Assembly: GCA_020025875.1 (NCBI GenBank)
Contig: JAHHRI010000002.1
Location: 1,078-65,077 of the forward strand
Origin: Alphaproteobacteria bacterium
Lineage (GTDB): Bacteria > Pseudomonadota > Alphaproteobacteria > RF32 > CAG-239
DNA length: 64,000 bases
Direction: 5' to 3'
The position numbers and the translations under genes were made by a program. Positions 38,730 through 45,705 of this stretch are shown here, one piece after another. The notes beneath the pieces are model-generated. The model worked only from the letters and a program-made list of their open reading frames with translations, did not search any database and was not told the DNA's origin. How positions within the stretch are numbered: position 1 is the stretch's first letter; each line of letters starts with the position of its first letter.

Positions 38730-39650
38730 CTACCTGCGGGCAAACGGTGATCTGTCCGCAAACGGCGCAAAATCGTCTTGTTTGTTTGGGACGTCTTCCG
38801 CGGAAGATTTTTTTTCTGAAAGAAAAGAAGGCGGAACGGTGCCGGCATATTCTTCGATCACCGCATTGACAAGATCGTCCATGTCTTTTTGTATTTTTTC
38901 TTTAATTTCCGGTTTTTCCAGCAATTTGCTCAGCGTGTGCGACAAATATTCACGGTGGACGGAAGCTTTGGAAATGCCGATAAAAACCGGAATGTTCCAC
39001 AGGCTTTGTTTGGAGAATGCGACTTGGTGACGAATTCCCAATTTAGCGGTTTCGATAGTGCCGAAATAGATGCCGGTAAGAACATAGTCGATCTCGCCGC
39101 GAATGAGTTTGCCGTACAGTTCATGGGAATTGTCTACATATTCAACAGCAAAATCTTTCAGCTTGTCGTTGACATAATCACTGAACATTTCTTTGGAATG
39201 AATGGCGCCTTTGAGCGATTTGAGATCTTGAACCGAACGTATGGTGCTGATTTTGGAAGGCAACATCACCAGATGGATCGGGTTGTCTATGGCTGCCGGA
39301 TATATAAATTTGAGATCGGCGTAAAGACTGGTTTCCGAGTACATACCAAGTACCACGTCGGCTTCGCCCTTGCTCACTTCGCGGATGGTGTCTTCATAAT
39401 TCATGCTGATCGGCAGATAGTCGAGCACATATTGTCCGTGGTCGGCAAAATATTCGATAAACGGTTTGAAAACGCCGGAATAGATGTTGTTTTGGTATTG
39501 ACCAAATGGATAGTAGTCGAAAAAGCCAGTTACCTGCAATTTTTCTTGGGTGCGGCTTTTGATCTGTTCAAACTCCACCTGCGCAACAGCTGCGGAAGCA
39601 AAAGCAAAGAGAAAAACCACAAATGTCAGCCATTTTTTCATTTTCTGCAT
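38730..39650 (-). CDS. periplasmic solute-binding protein, family 3-like (orphan, no ABC partner genes adjacent)
   Basis: Signal peptide MQKMKKWLTFVVFLFAFASAAVA, and an SBP_bac_3-like pattern (YYPF, KGEADVVLG, GEIDYVL). Has a disordered C-terminal tail. Confidence 0.7.
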   Translation of the reverse strand: MQKMKKWLTFVVFLFAFASAAVAQVEFEQIKSRTQEKLQVTGFFDYYPFGQYQNNIYSGVFKPFIEYFADHGQYVLDYLPISMNYEDTIREVSKGEADVVLGMYSETSLYADLKFIYPAAIDNPIHLVMLPSKISTIRSVQDLKSLKGAIHSKEMFSDYVNDKLKDFAVEYVDNSHELYGKLIRGEIDYVLTGIYFGTIETAKLGIRHQVAFSKQSLWNIPVFIGISKASVHREYLSHTLSKLLEKPEIKEKIQKDMDDLVNAVIEEYAGTVPPSFLSEKKSSAEDVPNKQDDFAPFADRSPFARR

Positions 39651-39657
39651 TATCCTT

Positions 39658-40569
39658 TCAGTATTGGCGTTCGACGATATAAGAGGCAAGCTGTTTTAGG
39701 TTTTGCGCACGATCGCCGAAAACGGAAAGATCTTCTTGTGCGGCGGCAGTCAATTCGACGGCAATCCGTCGGGCGTTTTCCAAGCCGTAGAGACTGACAA
39801 AAGTGAGTTTGTTTTGGGTTGCGTCCTTGCGGAGTGTTTTGCCCATGGTTCGTTCGTCTCCGATAACGTCTAAAATGTCGTCCGCAATCTGGAAAGCAAT
39901 GCCGATTCGCCGCGAATAGGTAATCAGCGCTTTCAGCTGGTTGTCATCGGCACCGCCCAAAACGGCGCCGGCCTCAACCGCATAACGCAGCAGGCGTCCG
40001 GTTTTCATTTCTTCAATGTGGCGAATTAAGTCTTCTTTGTCGTCGTCTTTAACGCTATATGCCGCTCCGATCAAATCAAGCATCTGACCGGCAACCATGC
40101 CGTTGAAAGCACCGGCGGCGTTGGCCAGCATTGCAATCAGGCGGCAGCGAATGTCAGGATCGGGGGCTGCCGACGGTTGACTTAAAATTTCGAAAGCATA
40201 AGTGAGCAGACCGTCGCCGGCGATAATTGCCGTTGCTTCGTCAAACTGTTTATGGCAAGTCGGAAACCCGCGGCGCAGATTATCATCGTCCATGGCCGGC
40301 AGATCGTCATGGATCAGCGAATAGGTGTGCAACATTTCCAAAGCCATGGCAACGTTAAGAGATTGCTCAAAACGCACACCGAAGAGCCCCGCCGTTTCAT
40401 AAGTGAGAAACGGGCGCAGGCGTTTTCCGCCGCGAGTGAGCGAATAGTGCATTGCTTCGCTGACACGTTTTTCGTCCCCTTGAGGAAAGGGAAAAAAACG
40501 GTCAATCTCCTGATTGAAGCGGGTTGCATATTGTCCTAAAATGCTTTTAATGTTGTTTTCAGTCATCAT
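39658..40569 (-). CDS. ispA: (2E,6E)-farnesyl / geranylgeranyl diphosphate synthase
   Basis: First Asp-rich motif LIHDDLPAMDDDNLRRG and second FQIADDILD. Confidence 0.9.
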   Translation of the reverse strand: MMTENNIKSILGQYATRFNQEIDRFFPFPQGDEKRVSEAMHYSLTRGGKRLRPFLTYETAGLFGVRFEQSLNVAMALEMLHTYSLIHDDLPAMDDDNLRRGFPTCHKQFDEATAIIAGDGLLTYAFEILSQPSAAPDPDIRCRLIAMLANAAGAFNGMVAGQMLDLIGAAYSVKDDDKEDLIRHIEEMKTGRLLRYAVEAGAVLGGADDNQLKALITYSRRIGIAFQIADDILDVIGDERTMGKTLRKDATQNKLTFVSLYGLENARRIAVELTAAAQEDLSVFGDRAQNLKQLASYIVERQY

Positions 40570-40804
40570 TTTTATCCAAAGGCGTTAACGAAAGTGCCCC
40601 GTCGGGGGAAACGATGATTTTTTCGATTTTTAATTTTGCTTCCTGAAGTTTTTTTTCGCAAAAGTTTTTCAAATAAACGGCCTGTTCGTATGCCTTGACG
40701 GCATCGTCCAGTTTGATTCTTCCCGCTTCCAGTTCGCGAACAATTGCTTCCAGACGGGAAAGTGCGTCTTCAAAGCTCAATTCGCCGTTGTCTTCTGCTG
40801 TCAT
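40559..40804 (-). CDS. xseB: exodeoxyribonuclease VII small subunit
   Basis: SFEDALSRLEAIVRELEAG...LDDAVKAYEQ. Start at the ATG 40802-40804. Overlaps the ispA start. Confidence 0.9.
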   Translation of the reverse strand: MTAEDNGELSFEDALSRLEAIVRELEAGRIKLDDAVKAYEQAVYLKNFCEKKLQEAKLKIEKIIVSPDGALSLTPLDKNDD

Positions 40805-40923
40805 TGATATGCTCCTTGTATTAATTATAAATAATATTATTAGTTTAATTTTCAAAATTCAATACTAAATACATTGCATAACCGATATCTTTGTTATTGA
40901 GAGATATGAAGGAGGATAAAATA

Positions 40924-41202
40924 ATGGATAATCCGAGCGTGTGTCAAGGGGCGAAATTGCTGAAAGCTTTGGGCAACAAAAAACGACTGGAAGTGATGTA
41001 CATTCTCCGAGACGGTGAACAAAAAGTCGGGGACTTGGAAAAAATGATCGGTCTCAGTCAGTCGGCACTATCACAGCATTTGGCGGTTCTCAGGTCGTCG
41101 GGTATCGTCGGCACAAGACGGCAGGCTCAGGCTGTCTATTATTCGGTGAAAAACAAGAATGCCCTACGGCTGCTAAAGATGTTAGATGAGATATACCGAT
41201 AA
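40924..41202 (+). CDS. ArsR/SmtB-family transcriptional regulator
   Basis: LKALGNKKRLEVMYIL ... LSQSALSQHLAVLRSSGIV wHTH. The ATG at 40924 is preceded by AGGAGG. Confidence 0.85.
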   Translation: MDNPSVCQGAKLLKALGNKKRLEVMYILRDGEQKVGDLEKMIGLSQSALSQHLAVLRSSGIVGTRRQAQAVYYSVKNKNALRLLKMLDEIYR

Positions 41203-41277
41203 AGTTTCCATTATGGAGCATTACCATATCGCAAACAAAAAACGATTGTTATGCAGGCGGTTTGGCGGTTGCGATAA

Positions 41278-41352
41278 AGAATAATCTTTTACCAAAGCAA
41301 GATTTGAGCAGAAGAAATCGAGAATAATCTTTTGCCAAAGCAAGATTTGAGC
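41278..41352. repeat. two direct 32-bp repeats with a 43-bp period
   Basis: AGAATAATCTTTTACCAAAGCAAGATTTGAGC (41278-41309) and AGAATAATCTTTTGCCAAAGCAAGATTTGAGC (41321-41352), with one mismatch. Confidence 0.85.
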
Positions 41353-41373
41353 GAAGGTGCTTCCCATAAAAAT

Positions 41374-41406
41374 TTTCCCCCTTTGATTTGCTCAAAGGGG
41401 GAAAAT
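41374..41406. terminator. bidirectional intrinsic terminator (perfect 12-bp stem)
   Basis: TTTTCCCCCTTT (41374-41385) pairs with AAAGGGGGAAAA (41395-41406), loop GATTTGCTC. Lies 7 nt past the stop of the coupling-protein gene. Confidence 0.8.
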
Positions 41407-41412
41407 TAGGGG

Positions 41413-43584
41413 TTATGCCGTTTCTTCGCCTAAACCAAGTTTTTCAAGCATATTGTCGTTGATGTCCTCACGTTGGGCAACAATCCACTCAGGGACGTTC
41501 GGGGCTGCCGGCAGCTTTGACAAAGCCCGCATTTTGGGATCCAGATAATAGCGTGGAGAATCGGCAATAATCGGTCTGTCGATGTAGCTTTGATAGAGAA
41601 TCACCTGCTTGAGCATCGGCAAGCTCAACAACTGAGATGTTGTGATAACCGAAACCCGCTGCAGTTGGTAGCTGACGTTTTTGGAAAACGGGTTAGCTTG
41701 TTTGGAAAAGCCTTCCTGCTTGGAATAAGATGACGTTTGCACGGTTTTGTCGCCGACCATCTTTGAAAAACGTTGAGCCGTTTGTTCGTTGTTCTGCGAC
41801 AAGATAATCTTGCAGGCGGTGGTAGAGATAACGGTTTCCAAGTCGTCCTTACCATATTTTCCGGAGATTTGCCCCAAGTCTTGTCCGATCAGGAGATAAG
41901 ACACTTTTTGTCCACGTCCGACTGCCGGTCCATCAATAACCGCTTTCAGCTTGGGCATTTGCGGAAACTCGTCCAAAACAAACAGAGCGGGGAACGGTCC
42001 CATTTTGCCGTCTGTGGCGTTTACATAGTTCGGCGGGTTGGAAATCAAATAAGATGACATCAGCTCAATGAAAATGCCGCTGATAACCCCCAAAGCTCTG
42101 GCGTCTACCTGATTGATCGACAGATAAACCGAAATCGGCTTCCATTCGCCGGTGATGGGGTCTTTCATACCGCGCAGATCTTTAAACTGCAAGTCTGAAA
42201 AACAGGTTCGGGAAACAACCGCGGAGTTCTTAAAGACGCCGATCCCCGAAAATGCCGTCGACATAACCGAACCACGTTCTTTGTCGGGCATATTGCTTAA
42301 AGTGGAAAGCTCGGTATAGGCGCGTTGCGAATAGCCGTATTTGCGCGCCTCCTCAATCGCGGCATCCAGAAGATCACGCATGGGGTCTGCCATTGCCGCC
42401 ATCTGATCGCCTTCTGCCAGACGACGTTTAACTTCTTGCCCCTGTTTGATCTGTGCCTCGGTCAGCCATTCCATAATCATGGCAATACAGGCCTCTCTGC
42501 CGATCCATTTATCCGGCAGCAGATCCCAAGTGCCGATCGGCACATAATTTTCAACCGTCAGATTGTTGTTGCGCAAATCATTGATGGCGCGTCTCACATC
42601 GGGATTGTGCGTTCTGATGTCTTCGTAGTAGCCTTCCAGCACCTGTTTGTCTTCATCATCCAGCTTACCTTCGTAAATGCGCCCGATAAAATAGTCGTTG
42701 GCGCGTGCTTTTTCGCATTTGGAAGAAATAAAGTGTATAAAACCGGTCAATGCGGCGCGTCCCGTTTGCGACCAGTGAGGATCTGCCCCGCCTTTGGGGT
42801 CTTCCACCAAAATGTTGCACATGGAGTCCACATACATATCTCGCGCCGGTCCCTGCGCCGGCAGAGCCGACGGCGACAACGGATTCCAGCTTGGATAATA
42901 TAGCCCTTCCGCCGGATTATCTTCGGCGCCCCAGTTGATGATAAAAACCGGTCCTTCTTTGGCGCGCGCACCCGAAGTGCTGAAACACAATTCCGGTTTA
43001 GGATCGTTGATGACCAAACTGAGGCCTTTGGAGTTGAAAATTGTCGGAATAACCACGCCGGCGGTTTTACCGGTACCCGGAGGTGCGCAGCATAGTGTGG
43101 AAAGTGTTTCCGGCAATTTGAGATAATAGCCTTTGAATTTGCCGATAACCATGCAGAAACCGTCCAAAAGCTTCATTGCTCTGATGTCTTTTAAGGTCGC
43201 AATGCGACCGGATCCATGAATGTTTGACTGAAAGCGGTAAGGGTTGGTAACGGCCCCGATAATTAGCCCGATAGGTAACGAGAGAACCGGCAAAATCGGC
43301 AGCCACAGTGAAAAGCTAAACGGCCCGTGATAGTTGCCGATCTGGCGCATCCAGTTCCAGTATCGCGAAAACAGGTATGACGGATCGTGAAAGATCATGT
43401 TGATAAATTTGCCGACATTGTCCATAGATTCCTTGGAAATGCCGTTGCCGATGATATAACCCAGCGGCATGGAGATAACTGCCAGAAAAACCGTAACCAG
43501 AAGTGTAATGATGACGGTCAGAGACATCCATTGCACGGCGTGGTCATATTCTTCCCATTCTTCTCCTCGTTTTTGTAATCCCAT
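41413..43584 (-). CDS. type IV secretion coupling protein, VirD4/TraG family ATPase
   Basis: Two N-terminal TM regions, HGSGRIATLKDI, Walker A CCAPPGTGKTAGVVIPT, DPHWSQTGRAALTG, Walker B ALFVLDEFPQMPKL, and LIGQDLGQISGKYG. Strong RBS AGAGGTG before the ATG. Confidence 0.9.
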   Translation of the reverse strand: MGLQKRGEEWEEYDHAVQWMSLTVIITLLVTVFLAVISMPLGYIIGNGISKESMDNVGKFINMIFHDPSYLFSRYWNWMRQIGNYHGPFSFSLWLPILPVLSLPIGLIIGAVTNPYRFQSNIHGSGRIATLKDIRAMKLLDGFCMVIGKFKGYYLKLPETLSTLCCAPPGTGKTAGVVIPTIFNSKGLSLVINDPKPELCFSTSGARAKEGPVFIINWGAEDNPAEGLYYPSWNPLSPSALPAQGPARDMYVDSMCNILVEDPKGGADPHWSQTGRAALTGFIHFISSKCEKARANDYFIGRIYEGKLDDEDKQVLEGYYEDIRTHNPDVRRAINDLRNNNLTVENYVPIGTWDLLPDKWIGREACIAMIMEWLTEAQIKQGQEVKRRLAEGDQMAAMADPMRDLLDAAIEEARKYGYSQRAYTELSTLSNMPDKERGSVMSTAFSGIGVFKNSAVVSRTCFSDLQFKDLRGMKDPITGEWKPISVYLSINQVDARALGVISGIFIELMSSYLISNPPNYVNATDGKMGPFPALFVLDEFPQMPKLKAVIDGPAVGRGQKVSYLLIGQDLGQISGKYGKDDLETVISTTACKIILSQNNEQTAQRFSKMVGDKTVQTSSYSKQEGFSKQANPFSKNVSYQLQRVSVITTSQLLSLPMLKQVILYQSYIDRPIIADSPRYYLDPKMRALSKLPAAPNVPEWIVAQREDINDNMLEKLGLGEETA

Positions 43585-43596
43585 TTATTTCACCTC

Positions 43597-45111
43597 TTAA
43601 CTCATGCTGCGGATTAGTTTCATAACTTTGTCCAGTTTTGATGCGGGAATTGATTTTTCGGCTTCGGAAAGTGTTCTCGCAAACAGCTTGATTTCTTTAG
43701 GCGTACCCCTGTCAATTCGGGTGACGTTGATGTTTAATTCGTCCCATATTTCAAACATATCTTCTGCGTTAATAATATTACCTATTTGCACGATCACAAA
43801 AGCGTCGACGATAAAATTCATTTCCGCGTTGCTTAGTTTATCAAGCAAAACTTGTTTTGCCAAGTCTATTTTGCGCACCGGAGAAATTCGGTGTGTGCTT
43901 TCCGAAAACCACAAAGGCTCCTCATCGTTAAAGCGTTCTTCGTCAGCCAACCAGTCGCCCGGTTCGCGGTCGAGTATGCACAGGCAGATGCGATCTCCCG
44001 AAACACCGACATAGTCGATGAGTGTGTTTTTGATGGTAACGCGACTGATAACTTCGTAACCTTTTTGTTTGATGATATCCAGACAGGAGCCGCCGGGCTG
44101 ACGAGCGGGAATCGGGACGGTTGAAACTCTGTCTTTTCGGCGTTCGTTGTTGCGGTTGCGGGAACGTTCGTCTTTTCGTTCTTCGCGCCGATCATCACGC
44201 CGATCATCACGCCGATCATCACGCCGATCATCACGCCGATCTTTTTCTCGGCGTTCGTCGCGTTTGTCGGCATTCCGGTCACGCGAGAGATCGTTTCTGC
44301 GCTCATAGTCGTGATCGCGGCGGCGGTCGTCATCACGGTCTCTGCGGTTGTCTTCCCGATTGCGGCTGTCTTTGCGTTCTCTGCGGTTGCGCGACGTATT
44401 ATAGTCGTCGTCCTCTTCTTCGCGACTGCCCGTCCGTGCGGATTGGGCAGAGCCATAGGTTGATTTTTCCTTGGATTTTTGGGTTTCGATTTCAAAAGAA
44501 TCTATATCAAAATCCAAGTCGTCAAAATTGTCGTCAAATTTAAACAGAGCGTGCTCAAAGTTTTTCGGCGCGCTCTCTCTTTCTGTCGCAACGGACGATT
44601 GAGGTGCCACGGTCATTTGCGGCGTTACCAGAGCAGGGGAAACGGTGGGAATGGTCATCGGCATCTGCGATACTTCTCTGTGCTCGCCGGCAGCCACGCT
44701 GCGAACAGCCCGCGGGCGGATTTCTTTATAAGATTTTTTCTTTTTTATGGGGGTGACACCGGTATTGGTGGTGATAATTTTGACCGGTTTGTAAAAGAAA
44801 TTCTTAAATAGTTTCCAAGGCAGAGAGAGAATAAACCATACGACTTTTCCCCAAGAAACAAGGCTCAAGGCAATCCAGCCGGTAAACCACAGCGGAATAA
44901 AAGAGATGATGATGAGAACAAAGGCCCATTCTTTGGGCTCGGAAATGACCCATGAGTTGAGCCACAACTCCCAAGCGATCTGCCAGTGCCCCATGTCGAG
45001 GATGTCAAAATGCCAGTTGCGAAGCATGATAACGCGTATGCTTTCCATAAAGAAAACACTCCACAACAGGCCGACAATTATAATTCTGGTCAGTATCAGT
45101 AAGGGCTTCAA
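43597..45111 (-). CDS. hypothetical membrane protein: N-terminal 3-TM module, Arg/Asp-repeat linker, C-terminal NERD-like domain
   Basis: 504 aa. The TTG start at 45111 has a GGAG RBS and preserves the TM1 that is homologous to the upstream paralogue. Has a DRRD-repeat run, and the C-terminus has GYEVISRVTIKNTLIDYVGVSGDRICLCILDREPGDW. Confidence 0.75.
   Translation of the reverse strand: MKPLLILTRIIIVGLLWSVFFMESIRVIMLRNWHFDILDMGHWQIAWELWLNSWVISEPKEWAFVLIIISFIPLWFTGWIALSLVSWGKVVWFILSLPWKLFKNFFYKPVKIITTNTGVTPIKKKKSYKEIRPRAVRSVAAGEHREVSQMPMTIPTVSPALVTPQMTVAPQSSVATERESAPKNFEHALFKFDDNFDDLDFDIDSFEIETQKSKEKSTYGSAQSARTGSREEEDDDYNTSRNRRERKDSRNREDNRRDRDDDRRRDHDYERRNDLSRDRNADKRDERREKDRRDDRRDDRRDDRRDDRREERKDERSRNRNNERRKDRVSTVPIPARQPGGSCLDIIKQKGYEVISRVTIKNTLIDYVGVSGDRICLCILDREPGDWLADEERFNDEEPLWFSESTHRISPVRKIDLAKQVLLDKLSNAEMNFIVDAFVIVQIGNIINAEDMFEIWDELNINVTRIDRGTPKEIKLFARTLSEAEKSIPASKLDKVMKLIRSMS
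44187..44241. repeat. 12-bp tandem repeat, about 4.6 copies, inside the 43597..45111 CDS
   Basis: GCCGATCATCAC is repeated head to tail from 44187. On the minus strand it encodes the (DRRD)n run. Confidence 0.9.
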
Positions 45112-45178
45112 TTAAATCTCCATAAAGTTTTAACTATTGTATACGCGAGATGGTTAACAAGTGTTTTACATCCTCCGA

Positions 45179-45703
45179 TTAATTGTCGCCCGATTCCATT
45201 TTTTCGTGGAATTTACGATTTTTTTGCTCAAAATTGCTGCGAATCTTGTTCGAGTTGAGGTCCTTTTTCTTTTTTTCCTTAGGCATTCTGCTGGAGATCA
45301 TCTCTTCCATCATTTGCTGCGGTGTCTGATTTTTTACTTTGCTTCCGCCCATGTTTTTCAGCACAATACGCGCCGGCTGATTGGCATATTTGCGGCTGAC
45401 ATAGTCGTGGTACCAAAAAACGGGGAAGAAAATAATTCTGACATAAGAGAGTTGTCTTGCTTTTTTGAAGCCAAAAAACCAGCCGGGAATAATTAAAACC
45501 AACATGAGCAGGAACATATATTCCGACAGTTGGTCAATGACGCCGCCGGCACTCCAAAATTTGCTGATGATGAGCCAATAGCGTTTTTCTAAAATATTGA
45601 AATGCCAAAAATAATTCATAATCAGGCTAATGAACCAAAAGTAAAAAACGGTCCAGCCCACAAAAATGAAAATCAACTTCAGATGGTTGGCGAGTTTCTT
45701 CAT
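45179..45703 (-). CDS. hypothetical membrane protein, paralogous to the N-terminal module of 43597..45111
   Basis: 174 aa. FWHFNILEKRYW aligns with NWHFDILDMGHW, and LVLIIPGWFFGF aligns with IIISFIPLWFTGW. Has a basic Lys-rich tail. The start lies 2 nt after the upstream stop. Confidence 0.7.
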   Translation of the reverse strand: MKKLANHLKLIFIFVGWTVFYFWFISLIMNYFWHFNILEKRYWLIISKFWSAGGVIDQLSEYMFLLMLVLIIPGWFFGFKKARQLSYVRIIFFPVFWYHDYVSRKYANQPARIVLKNMGGSKVKNQTPQQMMEEMISSRMPKEKKKKDLNSNKIRSNFEQKNRKFHEKMESGDN

Positions 45704-45705
45704 GG

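Noticed and set aside
41278-41352. The direct repeats here and the tandem unit at 23094..23348, considered as possible CRISPR arrays.
   Set aside because: There are only two copies in each case. The spacers are 11 bp or absent. The repeat lengths and architecture are wrong, and there are no cas genes in the window.
41413-43584. Calling the region a type IV secretion system or an integrative conjugative element.
   Set aside because: Only the coupling ATPase is recognisable. No VirB/Trb/Tra channel components, relaxase, integrase or oriT-like features are visible, so the conservative call is an orphan T4CP in an uncharacterised operon.
43866-44543. Alternative-frame ORFs across the RD-repeat region (209 aa on the minus strand and 140 aa on the plus strand).
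   Set aside because: They arise because the 12-bp repeat and the charged tract are open in several frames. Only the 504-aa frame connects a membrane module homologous to the neighbouring gene with a globular C-terminal domain and has an RBS.
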